Of a stretch of 64,000 bases of DNA, positions 1 to 8,659 are shown one piece after another. The stretch comes from a virus. The first letter of the stretch is position 1. Each line of letters starts with the position of its first letter. The stretch lies in the IMG/VR virus record IMGVR_UViG_3300032287_000965, positions 2,343 to 66,342 of that record. One strand, written 5' to 3'. Position numbers and translations under genes: made by a program. A model generated the notes under the pieces. It had not been told where the DNA came from. It was given only the letters and a program-made list of their open reading frames with translations, and did no database searches.

Positions 1-334
1 TGGCGTTGGAGTAAGTTGTATCTTCCGTCCAACCAAGGTGCGAAGACATGGTGTCCGACGCAGAGAACGATGTGCCCGATCCGGGACCGGTAATCAGACC
101 CAGATACCAGACGGCGGTGTAGCTAGTGCCAGCGAAGAAGGTGTTGTTCATCAACTGCAAGCCAGAGTTGACCACCAAATTGGGGAACGTATCACGCCAC
201 TTCTCAACACCGTCAGCGCCGATACATACCACGGTATATACGCCAGATGCGCCCAGACCTTCGCGCAGTCCTTTGTTTGTGATGACCGTAGCATCCACGC
301 TATCAGCTACGTTGGATTTCTCTTTTGTGCTCAT
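1..334 (-). CDS. Virion structural/tail protein, partial (runs off left edge)
   Basis: Not in ORF track. Read manually from ATG at 334: MSTKEKSNVADSVDATV...VEKWRDTFPNLVVNSGLQLM...WYLGL. GAGG SD upstream; follows 344..778 in the late operon. Confidence 0.7.
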   Translation of the reverse strand, partial: MSTKEKSNVADSVDATVITNKGLREGLGASGVYTVVCIGADGVEKWRDTFPNLVVNSGLQLMNNTFFAGTSYTAVWYLGLITGPGSGTSFSASDTMSSHLGWTEDTTYSNA

Positions 335-343
335 GACTACCTC

Positions 344-778
344 TCAAGGAAAACGAATTAGCGCCGTCGTCGCTGAATTAACAGGCATCGTGACGGTATT
401 GTTGGTTGAAGTAAACGTCTTGTCCGAACCAAAATCCAGAACAGCCACTGACTTGTTGCTACGAGTTACGTTATAGATCAAAGCGCCACGGGCGGTAAAG
501 TTGGCACCGGGCCATGACACGTTGTTAAAGTCCACATATACCGTGCCTGCGTTGGGACCAGTCGTTTGTGTACTGATCGTTGCTCCCGTTACTGCAACCC
601 CACCTGCCACATAACCTGTACCCGTTACTTCGTTCGTCGCCGTATACGCAGTGGTCAGTGGGCCGATATCGGAGAACGCAGTGTACAGCGCCATCTTCAA
701 CGTATCAGTCGCCAAGTTCTGCCCCGCCTGAAGCATATCTTGCTTAAAGCTGTTTGTAAGGCCTTGTTGGATCGCCAT
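344..778 (-). CDS. Virion structural (tail-associated) protein
   Basis: 144 aa, Thr/Gly-rich beta-type sequence (DTLKMALY...GY.AGG...ARGALIYN...VLDFG) typical of phage tail proteins; operon context. Confidence 0.65.
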   Translation of the reverse strand: MAIQQGLTNSFKQDMLQAGQNLATDTLKMALYTAFSDIGPLTTAYTATNEVTGTGYVAGGVAVTGATISTQTTGPNAGTVYVDFNNVSWPGANFTARGALIYNVTRSNKSVAVLDFGSDKTFTSTNNTVTMPVNSATTALIRFP

Positions 779-1497
779 TACGGATTCACCTTAATCTTAG
801 CCTGACCATCACGGTAAGCATCACCACGCTCAAGCCCGGTACCCAGACGATTCAACTGACCCATAGCTTCATCGTACTTAGTTTTATACGCCAGCATCAT
901 ATCCTGCTCACCCTTCAAGAAGATGTAGGCTTCAAGCAACGCGCCATACAGCAGAACCGGCGAGTAGTTGTCGCCAAGCCATGTGCGCCCGTCAGCCGCC
1001 ACCGTGATTGACTCAGGGTAGTAGTTGTAGTGCAGCTCTATCGTATACACCGCGTCTGGCGTGGGGCCAAGGATAAAACTTAACTCGTCCGTAATAACGC
1101 TGGTCACAACGGTAGGTCCAAACAGAGCGTAATACCGTGGGATGCCTGATTCGGTTGGGTTAGGGTACGCTGCGCGGATGAAGTTCACATCCTTGTTCAG
1201 CAAGTACTCGTAATTACCCGTAGCGTCAATCACTGCCATCGAAAACACCGACAGAAAGTCGGATGGGCAGGACAAATACTTGTTGCCTGATGTGGTCAAG
1301 CCTGTGACGTTCTTACGTAGCGGAGGAACCTGAACGCTGTTATATATGCGCTCTTCAGCTTGCGTAATAAATCCGTTGATCTGCTCAGTGCCATCAGACG
1401 TAGTCGTGCCTGTACCTGCTACGTTCGTCCACGTATTAGACGGGAAGTCGTTTTGCAGGTAGTTCTTAACCGCAATGAACAGTTCGTTGTACGTCAT
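778..1497 (-). CDS. Head-tail adaptor / tail tubular protein A-like
   Basis: 239 aa; MTY.EL..A...Y, FI.QAE.RI, G.P.YYA, LGPTPD..Y..EL.Y, LLYG.L.EA pattern of podovirus adaptors. Confidence 0.65.
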   Translation of the reverse strand: MTYNELFIAVKNYLQNDFPSNTWTNVAGTGTTTSDGTEQINGFITQAEERIYNSVQVPPLRKNVTGLTTSGNKYLSCPSDFLSVFSMAVIDATGNYEYLLNKDVNFIRAAYPNPTESGIPRYYALFGPTVVTSVITDELSFILGPTPDAVYTIELHYNYYPESITVAADGRTWLGDNYSPVLLYGALLEAYIFLKGEQDMMLAYKTKYDEAMGQLNRLGTGLERGDAYRDGQAKIKVNP

Positions 1498-1499
1498 GA

Positions 1500-1760
1500 T
1501 TAACCCATCGGACCACGAGCCATCGTGCCTTTAGTAGCTGCGCCTGTGCCACGGATTTTGATACCGGTGGTTTTGGTTTCTTTGTAGTTGCCCTTGGAAA
1601 GGCCGGCCACTGAAATGTTCATGTCGTCCATGCACTTGGCACCTGATGCGCCTTTGGATGGTTCTGCTTTAACTTGTTTGCCGTCCATAGTATGTGGCTC
1701 CGCGTAAACAGCAGCTTGGCCTACTTCTTTGCCGCCCTGCTTTTGTGAAAATTTAGCCAT
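1500..1760 (-). CDS. Small basic late protein with C-terminal RGTGAATKG motif
   Basis: ORF; start trimmed to ATG 1760 (MAKFSQK); Lys/Gly-rich C-terminus. Confidence 0.7.
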   Translation of the reverse strand: MAKFSQKQGGKEVGQAAVYAEPHTMDGKQVKAEPSKGASGAKCMDDMNISVAGLSKGNYKETKTTGIKIRGTGAATKGTMARGPMG

Positions 1761-1762
1761 AA

Positions 1763-1936
1763 TCAACCCGATTTTTGATTAGCCGCACGCGCTAGATTAC
1801 GGCCCATGGACTTCATTGCGTCAGTAGTGACACCGCCCTTGGCCATTTTGTGCATACGCTTCTCGTGGCCTTTGACCGCCTTCTTGGCAATCTTTTCCAT
1901 GAGTGGTTTGTCCTTCTTAATGTCTTCGTGTTTCAT
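1763..1936 (-). CDS. Small basic late protein (57 aa) with MAKGG motif
   Basis: Not in ORF track. Manual translation MKHEDIKKDKPLMEKIAKKAVKGHEKRMHKMAKGGVTTDAMKSMGRNLARAANQKSG; AGGAG SD upstream; fills the gap between neighbours. Confidence 0.75.
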   Translation of the reverse strand: MKHEDIKKDKPLMEKIAKKAVKGHEKRMHKMAKGGVTTDAMKSMGRNLARAANQKSG

Positions 1937-1944
1937 ATAAACTC

Positions 1945-2367
1945 CTATGTAATCGTTACTGTACCCACAACTCCGGCAGATACCAAGTAGTTTGGTGTCA
2001 GCCCCGCATCATTGGCGCTGGCTCCGCCCACTGGCCTCCAGCCCCACTGAAACACCCGGCTACCGCCTGACGGATCGCCATTCTCATTTATGCCGGTACC
2101 CACCGTCTCTGTCAACTGCAACCCTGTGTAACCTGCTTGGTAGTAACTCAAGTCAGGCCGGGGGTCCCGCAGACCTTGCGGGTCATCCACTGGGTACATA
2201 CCCAACTGAAGCTGCGGTTGATCTGGGTCCCAACAAGTGGGGCACACCAGCAAGTTATACGTCTTGGTCTTCAAGACCTGCTTCTTCAGTTCCTTGAGCT
2301 TATACCGCTGGCCACACCGGTCGCACTCTGCAATGGCATGTTTGCCCGACGCAAACCTATTGCCCAT
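1945..2367 (-). CDS. Zn-ribbon-containing late protein
   Basis: CDRC...CPTC pairs followed by DPDQPQL...DPRPD. Confidence 0.7.
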   Translation of the reverse strand: MGNRFASGKHAIAECDRCGQRYKLKELKKQVLKTKTYNLLVCPTCWDPDQPQLQLGMYPVDDPQGLRDPRPDLSYYQAGYTGLQLTETVGTGINENGDPSGGSRVFQWGWRPVGGASANDAGLTPNYLVSAGVVGTVTIT

Positions 2368-2369
2368 GG

Positions 2370-3317
2370 TTAGCCACCACCAATAAAGTACTGTCTTGGG
2401 ACAAACCGTACAGCCGCCCGATCCTGATCTTCATTTGCCGCGTTGTTCCATGCCTCGTCATACTGCGCCTTCAAGACATCCAGCCGTGCCAGACCTTCTG
2501 GGACTTTTAGCGCAATGTAGTACGCCAAACCTGCTGCCAAGCAGGGGATAAAACGAAACGGTACATCCATGGTTTTAGTGCCGCCCGTACCTGCATCCTG
2601 AATACGGCGCATACGCCAGTAAACGAACTGGTAGGTATAGGCGCTGTCTGGGGTTGGCCAGACGGTAATGCTCTGCTTTTGTACGGCGTATATGGCCGCG
2701 CTTACCAAGTGCGCTGTTGCCGTTGTATTGTCCTGCCCGCGTGTGCAGTTAAGCAAGTACGCAGGGTTGCCGTTTTCCGCAGGTTGAGTCTGATTAAACC
2801 CAATCAACTCTGTGCCGATGCGAATGAAGCCAGCAGTTGGGATGCCTGCCAGCGAAGTCACAGGGATGGTTGTAGCTGTTGCCGAGATGCCTGCTTGCAA
2901 CGTACCCACAAGTAAGGACTCACTACCCGACAGACGCTGCACCCAAACCTGAATCGGACGGCCTTGAATCAGCTTGTTGGGGATGGTGGCGTAAGTTGAA
3001 ACTGAAATGCGGGTGATCGTCAGATCCGCTTGGTTGTTTGGCTGGTTGGCGTTAGTGCGAATAACATGGTCAAGCAAATCAACAGTATCGTCAGGAAGTG
3101 CATACGTTGGTTGCCCCTGTGTCAAAGTAATCGTGTTCTGCTCGAACGTCCACATGTTCACGCCACGGTTTGCCCAATCGGCAAAAAGGAGGTTCAACGA
3201 CCTCCGGGCTGTACGCAGATCATAACCAGTACGCAACTGACTCCCGGCGCGTTCGAACGCCTCCTCAACCATTTCGTTGAGGTCAAGATTAAAGCTGGCT
3301 GTACCGGATGTGGTCAT
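2370..3317 (-). CDS. Head completion / adaptor protein with inserted beta-rich domain
   Basis: 315 aa; EEAFER.G...ARRSLNLLF..WANRG.N.W and P.RF.PCL.AGLAYY motifs; position downstream of the capsid genes. Confidence 0.6.
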   Translation of the reverse strand: MTTSGTASFNLDLNEMVEEAFERAGSQLRTGYDLRTARRSLNLLFADWANRGVNMWTFEQNTITLTQGQPTYALPDDTVDLLDHVIRTNANQPNNQADLTITRISVSTYATIPNKLIQGRPIQVWVQRLSGSESLLVGTLQAGISATATTIPVTSLAGIPTAGFIRIGTELIGFNQTQPAENGNPAYLLNCTRGQDNTTATAHLVSAAIYAVQKQSITVWPTPDSAYTYQFVYWRMRRIQDAGTGGTKTMDVPFRFIPCLAAGLAYYIALKVPEGLARLDVLKAQYDEAWNNAANEDQDRAAVRFVPRQYFIGGG

Positions 3318-3550
3318 TATCTAAACCCTGCTGTTTTCTTTGCAATGCCTTTAGGCTGCGCTACGAACTGCTTGCCTGCTTTCTTCCCTGCCCGCTTTGC
3401 CTTCGTCGTGGCGGCATACTCGGCTGGGCTTAACGCCTTAATCGCCTTTTCCGGCAGGTACCGCTCACCGGTCTTTGACGACGGCTTTCCGCTTTTGGTT
3501 CGCCATTTCTGGTCTCCCCAGTTTTTCAACGACTGTTGCGGGGCTTTCAT
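3317..3550 (-). CDS. Small basic late protein (DUF5872-like)
   Basis: 77 aa; Q.SLK.W..QKW.TKSG...GERYLP pattern, Lys-rich. Confidence 0.6.
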   Translation of the reverse strand: MKAPQQSLKNWGDQKWRTKSGKPSSKTGERYLPEKAIKALSPAEYAATTKAKRAGKKAGKQFVAQPKGIAKKTAGFR

Positions 3551-4149
3551 CGCATCTTACCTCGTGTTTTACCGCGCTGCGCTATTCCGTCTGCGCGAGA
3601 TGATGCTGACTTTACAGCACCCCCCTTGTTCATTTTTTCTGCGTCTTTAAACCGTACTGCTTTACCTTCTGGCACTTTGCTTCTGGGTACGCGCATGGTA
3701 ACAACACCCTCACCACCTTTCCATTCCCTGCCAAACTTACCAACTTTATCGCCGCCACTCCACCACTTCTCATCGCCCGCACCGTATTTGGGTTTTGGGT
3801 TTCTCTCAAAATATCCAGATTTTTTTGCTGCTTCATATTCCGCTTGCGACATATTTCTGTACGCGTGCGTAATATCTTTATCACTAGTCGGCATACGGAC
3901 TGGAGAACTTTTTAACCGCAGCCCCTCTGATGTAACAACTTGGTTTCTAACATAAGGGCGCGTTGCCATTTCTGCGGTGCTCAATGCCCTTTTCCCCAAA
4001 CCCAAACCAATTAAATCTTCTGGGCCTACAGGAGATGCTTCTAACGCTTGCTCACGCTCAAGTTGCCGACGGTATGCTGGGTCACGCATATCCCGTGATG
4101 GCATATCCATCACTGATCCCCCATCGTCAAATCTTTTGCGCTTTTTCAC
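3547..4149 (-). CDS. Tagged late protein with ADP-ribosyltransferase-like payload
   Basis: Probable GTG start at 4149, just after the upstream stop. Central HAYRNMSQAEY...G.F...EKWWS segment; C-terminal KGGAVKSASSRADGIAQRGKTRG tag. Confidence 0.55.
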   Translation of the reverse strand: MKKRKRFDDGGSVMDMPSRDMRDPAYRRQLEREQALEASPVGPEDLIGLGLGKRALSTAEMATRPYVRNQVVTSEGLRLKSSPVRMPTSDKDITHAYRNMSQAEYEAAKKSGYFERNPKPKYGAGDEKWWSGGDKVGKFGREWKGGEGVVTMRVPRSKVPEGKAVRFKDAEKMNKGGAVKSASSRADGIAQRGKTRGKMR

Positions 4150-4150
4150 T

Positions 4151-4426
4151 TTAGTCTCTGTACCCACCACCAGCAGCCTTGTACTTCTTAGCCACCAACT
4201 GCGCTTTACGGGCTGACCACTGACCAGCACCGGTACCTTGAGTTGCTGCGGACTTTACCTGCGACACGATCTTCTTGCGAAGTTCTGGCTTGGTGTAGTT
4301 ACCAGCAGCATTAACCTTCCCACCTTCTTTGTATTGCGTAAAGTCGGTGTCATCCCGACGGGCTTTTTTCTTCCCGCCGGGCATTTTGGAAGGGCTGATT
4401 GCGCCCATACCGCGTGAGGCCATCAT
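4151..4426 (-). CDS. Small basic late protein
   Basis: 91 aa; YKEGGKV motif, then NYTKP.LR...GQWSARKAQL...YK..GGGY. Confidence 0.7.
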   Translation of the reverse strand: MMASRGMGAISPSKMPGGKKKARRDDTDFTQYKEGGKVNAAGNYTKPELRKKIVSQVKSAATQGTGAGQWSARKAQLVAKKYKAAGGGYRD

Positions 4427-4749
4427 CAGACCACCCTACCTTTCGTTTTACCGCGCTGGGCAATACCATCTGCACGGGAAGAAGCCGACTTGACTGAGCC
4501 GCCTTTTTTAAACCCTCCTTGGTCTCTCAGCCGAGTTGCCTCCCCGCTATCGTAGAGTTCACGCTCTTTACGATTACGCATATCTTGTTCCTGATTTGCA
4601 CGCTCGTTTTTTAGCCATTCAGGAAGAGGCGTCATGTCTCTTTCTTTTGGCGCTACTTTAGCGGGTAGCTTTGTTGCTGTCGATCTGACAGTGCCAGAAG
4701 CGTTTGTTTTGCTTCTGGCAGGGATGTTTTCGTAAGGTTTATCAGCCAT
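4426..4749 (-). CDS. Small late protein with conserved C-terminal tag
   Basis: 107 aa; ends FKKGGSVKSASSRADGIAQRGKTKGRVV; GGAGG SD. Confidence 0.75.
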   Translation of the reverse strand: MADKPYENIPARSKTNASGTVRSTATKLPAKVAPKERDMTPLPEWLKNERANQEQDMRNRKERELYDSGEATRLRDQGGFKKGGSVKSASSRADGIAQRGKTKGRVV

Positions 4750-4761
4750 TACGGCCTCCTA

Positions 4762-5133
4762 TTAGCAGTAGCCGCCGCTCTTCATGCCTTTACCGCCTGC
4801 CATAACGATCTGCTTGCCTTTGGTTTTGCCTTTGGTAGCAATACCATCACGGCTGGGAGCAGCAGTTTTAACTTTACCCATGGAGGTCATACCGCCAGTT
4901 GCCATCTTTTTGACCTTGCCGCCTTTTTTCATACCGCTAATTGCTTTGCGCTTTGCATCGTCCATGTCCATGGAACGCATTTTGGATTCTGTAACTGGTT
5001 TGACTGGCATACCGCCTCCTGATTTAGTGAATTCGCGCCCTACGCTCATCGGTACGCCAACCTTCTTGGCAAAAGACGGGCTGTGAGCGACAGCCCGCAT
5101 AAACTTTCCCTGCTTCTTACTGACCGCTGGCAT
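4762..5133 (-). CDS. Small basic late protein with repeated M.xGG motifs
   Basis: 123 aa; MP..SKKQ..FM.AVAH N-terminus; MKKGGKV, MATGGM, SRDGIATKGKTKG, MKSGG. Confidence 0.75.
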   Translation of the reverse strand: MPAVSKKQGKFMRAVAHSPSFAKKVGVPMSVGREFTKSGGGMPVKPVTESKMRSMDMDDAKRKAISGMKKGGKVKKMATGGMTSMGKVKTAAPSRDGIATKGKTKGKQIVMAGGKGMKSGGYC

Positions 5134-5368
5134 GGAAACGTTCCACTATACGGTCAAGTTTTTCTTCAATCCTGTCAAAACGACGATTGACTTCATTGGT
5201 CAACTCTTTCATATCGTTGCGCGGGACGTACTCCTTTGCAACCTCTGTTTTAAAGTCAGCCAATGATTCTTTCGTTGCTTTTGCGGAATTAAGCGCGTCT
5301 TTCAAGAACCACCCCACAATACCGAGTAGAAAATAAAGGGCGCCAACTAAAAAACCTATTACGTCCAT
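5117..5368 (-). CDS. Small membrane-anchored coiled-coil protein
   Basis: N-terminal hydrophobic helix, then heptad-like RFDRIEEKLDRI; start trimmed to ATG 5368. Confidence 0.6.
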   Translation of the reverse strand: MDVIGFLVGALYFLLGIVGWFLKDALNSAKATKESLADFKTEVAKEYVPRNDMKELTNEVNRRFDRIEEKLDRIVERFHASGQ

Positions 5369-5370
5369 GA

Positions 5371-5625
5371 TTAGCACTTCCAAGCTCTTAGCGATTTGTT
5401 AATACGGCTATTCGGGTCGTTCGCGGTTTTCGACGAAGTGAGCTTCTTTTTCATTCCAGACATCCGGGCGCAGAACGATTTTTTCCTTGCGCCGCCTTCC
5501 GGCTGGGGGGCTTTCAACCCCGGCTTCCCCGGATTCGCTGCGTTGTAGGAGGCGCGCCCTTTGGCGTTTAGACCACCCTTGGGATTCTTGCCCTCTTTCC
5601 TTGTCCATGCTGGTGATTTAGCCAT
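5371..5625 (-). CDS. Small basic late protein (DUF6321-like)
   Basis: GGLNAKGRA...LKAP...RKKSFCARM...SRINKSLRAW.C pattern. Confidence 0.6.
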   Translation of the reverse strand: MAKSPAWTRKEGKNPKGGLNAKGRASYNAANPGKPGLKAPQPEGGARKKSFCARMSGMKKKLTSSKTANDPNSRINKSLRAWKC

Positions 5626-5626
5626 T

Positions 5627-6418
5627 TTAGCCCTGCATGTAGTTTTGAACTAAGAGAACGATGAACATCGAAGAAACACCGTTGTTATTGGAACTAGCAA
5701 GTGCTGTTGCCTCAAGTGTAGTCTTCTCTGGGATTTCAAGCGGGTACTCAAACACATAGTCCGCTACACCATTATTGACAGTCGTGACTGCGGCAGTGCG
5801 ACGAATATTGTCGGTGCCACGGGTTAAAAGTCGTCCCTCAACTTGGGCGGACCCACCTGCTTGACCCGCCGAAAACAAACCCTGAGACACATACCCCGTA
5901 TACCCTGCTGGGATGGTGTAGCTGCCCGTGATCGTAGTGTTGTAGTCAAACTTAATGATGTCGTAGGTGGTCGCAGGGACACCAGCAGTCACAGTACCTG
6001 TGCCGATATAAATGTCACCTGCGGCACTGTTTCCAGAACCTGCCGTTAATACATAAGCATAGTTAACCCGAAGCAGCGACGCAGTCATCGTCACGGCCGT
6101 TTGTCCGTTCAGCGTGACGGTCTCTGTGACTTCGTTGTAATTAGCGTCAAGACCCTGCACAACGACCGTGCGGGCACCTGTGCCTGCGGCTGTATCGTTA
6201 GCGCTGGTAGAGCTGACCTTCATCTGCAAAGCAGCCGCAGGGAAAGTAATTAAACTAGCCAGAGGCCAAACCGATACTTGAGCCGTGTCTACATCAGAAT
6301 TGAATCCAAAGACAGTGACATTTCTGTGCCCCTGAATTTGACCACGAGAGACTTGCAACTCAAACGGCTCGTACGTACCTACTTGGGTTATAGAACGCCA
6401 AGTTCCAATATTAGCCAT
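5627..6418 (-). CDS. Virion structural protein (head fibre/decoration-like)
   Basis: 263 aa, Thr/Ala/Gly-rich beta protein (D...GTGART....GLD) downstream of the capsid gene. Confidence 0.55.
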   Translation of the reverse strand: MANIGTWRSITQVGTYEPFELQVSRGQIQGHRNVTVFGFNSDVDTAQVSVWPLASLITFPAAALQMKVSSTSANDTAAGTGARTVVVQGLDANYNEVTETVTLNGQTAVTMTASLLRVNYAYVLTAGSGNSAAGDIYIGTGTVTAGVPATTYDIIKFDYNTTITGSYTIPAGYTGYVSQGLFSAGQAGGSAQVEGRLLTRGTDNIRRTAAVTTVNNGVADYVFEYPLEIPEKTTLEATALASSNNNGVSSMFIVLLVQNYMQG

Positions 6419-6432
6419 AACAGGCTCCTCAA

Positions 6433-6927
6433 TTAGTCGTTCTGTTGGCCTAGCAATGGATCGGTAACGTAGTATATGATTTTACCGCTAATATTACCGC
6501 CAGTAGCTGCCGAAGCCCCTGCACGACCAGTGATATACACTAGCTCAGTTGCCGACATAACAGCGTTAAGCGAAGTGCCCGCAGTAGCCGAAGCCCAGTT
6601 AAAGACCTGCTTACCAGCATCAGCATCCGACTCGTTCAATAGAGCTTGTGGCGAAGCAGTGCCGGTGGTGTAGAGCGTAAAACCCATATCAAACGTTGGG
6701 GTAGTGCCGCCAGTACCTGCGGCGTTAGCGTTGATCTGCAAAATAACTGCGTTAGCGGGGAGAATAACGTTTGCTGCATTAGCAGCGGAAGAGACTTTAG
6801 CGTTGCCTGAAGCTTGAGTTGCCGAAAAATAAAACTCAGCAACCATAACGCCGGAGCCACAATATGCGGTGCGAGTTTGATCGCCGCCGCCCGAACGCCA
6901 GATACTTTGGGTAGTAGAAAGTGCCAT
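6433..6927 (-). CDS. Virion structural protein (head decoration-like)
   Basis: 164 aa; LPANA.I..I motif; first gene after the capsid terminator. Confidence 0.55.
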   Translation of the reverse strand: MALSTTQSIWRSGGGDQTRTAYCGSGVMVAEFYFSATQASGNAKVSSAANAANVILPANAVILQINANAAGTGGTTPTFDMGFTLYTTGTASPQALLNESDADAGKQVFNWASATAGTSLNAVMSATELVYITGRAGASAATGGNISGKIIYYVTDPLLGQQND

Positions 6928-6934
6928 TTGAATT

Positions 6935-7015
6935 TTCCCTCATGCGGTTAGGTGCGACGATCTGCATGAAGTCAGGCGGGGGGCCTGTTCGATCGCACCG
7001 GGTATCCCCCGGAAT
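6935..7015 (-). ncRNA. Candidate structured 5' leader RNA (interleaved double pseudoknot overlapping the SD)
   Basis: Three interleaved complementary pairs on the minus strand: CGGGGG/CCCCCG, GGUGCGA/UCGCACC, CUUCAUGC/GCAUGAGG. Confidence 0.45.
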
Positions 7016-7032
7016 TCTGTACTTTATATACT

Positions 7033-7062
7033 AAAAAAGGGGAGCCGTAAAGCTCCCCTTTT
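7033..7062 (-). terminator. Intrinsic terminator after the major capsid gene (potentially bidirectional)
   Basis: AAAAGGGGAGC-6nt-GCTCCCCTTTT hairpin with a T6 run on the minus strand, directly after the MCP stop. Confidence 0.85.
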
Positions 7063-7065
7063 GTC

Positions 7066-7980
7066 TTACGCGCCTGCGGAACCGAACATACCCAATGGGT
7101 CTGACCAGCCGAAGGAATAACGCTCACGAGCCTTGTAACGGACGTTGCCGGTATCAAAATCTCCGTCCATTTTTGTATCCAGCGGGGCACGAATGAAGTG
7201 CTTCATGCCGTTTGGAACGTCGGTGGTCAGGAACCAAGCATTGGTGTCGGTCAGGAAGTGGTTAATTGTATAACCCTCTGGGATCGAACCGTTGTTCTTG
7301 ATTGCGTTGATATCGTTGTCGTTGGTACCGACACGCAGGCTGGTTTCGAGCAGACGAGTTGCAACGAATTGCAGGCTCGGCGGAACGACCAGTTTACGTG
7401 GGCGGGCAGCGATCAGCAGACCACGTTCGTCAGTCCACGCAGCGATTTGAATCACAGCGTTTTCCAGCGAAGTTTCGTTCAAGTCAGCAGCAGTCGAAGG
7501 AATGTTGCTGTTGAAGCCGCCGTTTACCAGTGGGTGCGAAGCCGAGAACAGAGGTACGCCATCGCCGCCGTAGTACTGAGCAGAGTTGGTGAAGCCGTTG
7601 TTCAGGATTGCAGCCGCTTTGACCTGCTTGGTGTAGGCCATTGAACGAGCCAGAGCCTTGGTGTAACGAGCAGACAAGCTGTCGTACAGGTTATCTTCAA
7701 TCGCTTCTTCAGTGATCGAGAAACCTTGGGCGATAGTCTCGTGGTTGTATCGAGCAGTCCAAGCTTCCTGTGCATTGTCGTACGCAATCGCAGAACCTTC
7801 GTTCTTGACTGGTGCGGCAGTAAAGCCAGACAGCTTGGTTTCTTCTTCGAACGAACGCTCGGAAGTCTCTGTTTCGTAGATTTCCTTGCTTTCTTCACCG
7901 TAACGTGCGTACTCCAGACCAAACAAAGCATTCAGACCGGGGAGCAGTTCTTTAAGTAGTTGTGCGCGTGAAATAGCCAT
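7066..7980 (-). CDS. Major capsid protein (HK97 fold, Mu gpT-like family)
   Basis: 304 aa; MAISRAQL.KEL.PGLNALFG, SERSFEEE, ITEEAIEDNLY, P.KL.VP, RYKARERYSFG; strong SD; followed by a terminator. Confidence 0.9.
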   Translation of the reverse strand: MAISRAQLLKELLPGLNALFGLEYARYGEESKEIYETETSERSFEEETKLSGFTAAPVKNEGSAIAYDNAQEAWTARYNHETIAQGFSITEEAIEDNLYDSLSARYTKALARSMAYTKQVKAAAILNNGFTNSAQYYGGDGVPLFSASHPLVNGGFNSNIPSTAADLNETSLENAVIQIAAWTDERGLLIAARPRKLVVPPSLQFVATRLLETSLRVGTNDNDINAIKNNGSIPEGYTINHFLTDTNAWFLTTDVPNGMKHFIRAPLDTKMDGDFDTGNVRYKARERYSFGWSDPLGMFGSAGA

Positions 7981-7991
7981 GATTTAGCTCC

Positions 7992-8633
7992 TTATACACC
8001 AGTGGCGTTGTAATACGAGTGGTAGCCGAAGTTGAACTTAACGATCACTTCAACAAAACCAGACGAGGTTGCGGTGTCAGGCACCATGTCTACTACACGC
8101 ATTGGCAGGGAAGTCGTTACGCCGTTAGCGTAGATGCCGATACGAGAGTTGCCAGTCGTGGTCGAGCCAGTGTTCAACACCAGAACCACGTTGTTGCCCA
8201 GAGTGGACTGAGACAGTGCCACAGGGACCAAACCGGTACCGTCAGCAGTATCGCCAACCGATACGACCTTGTAAAGCTGGTCAGGATCGTCAGCAATGTA
8301 CGCTTCAGCATCAGTTACGCCAGAAGCGAAACCGGGCCAGTACTGGGAGAAAGTCAATTGTTTAGTTACTGGGTTGGTGTAAGTGCATCCGAGGAATACA
8401 CCGACAACACCTGCAACTGGGGAAGATTCAGTGTCCAGAGTGGAAACGATAACTGTACCGCTCGAAGCCAGCTGAACTACGTCGCCGTTGAAAATAGCGG
8501 TGTTGTAGTTAACTGCCGAAGTAGCGATAGGAAGTTGACGAGTCGCACCAGCAAACACCTGACCACCAATCAAATTGATTGGCTTTAGCCCGTAGGGGGC
8601 AGCGATTGTTGGATAAGGCGCAGTTTGTGCCAT
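7992..8633 (-). CDS. Capsid cement/decoration protein
   Basis: 213 aa immediately upstream of MCP; PYGL.P, IF.GD.V, GVF.GC.Y, DDPD motifs. Confidence 0.6.
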   Translation of the reverse strand: MAQTAPYPTIAAPYGLKPINLIGGQVFAGATRQLPIATSAVNYNTAIFNGDVVQLASSGTVIVSTLDTESSPVAGVVGVFLGCTYTNPVTKQLTFSQYWPGFASGVTDAEAYIADDPDQLYKVVSVGDTADGTGLVPVALSQSTLGNNVVLVLNTGSTTTGNSRIGIYANGVTTSLPMRVVDMVPDTATSSGFVEVIVKFNFGYHSYYNATGV

Positions 8634-8659
8634 GATTTAACTCCTAGTTAATAAAAAGA

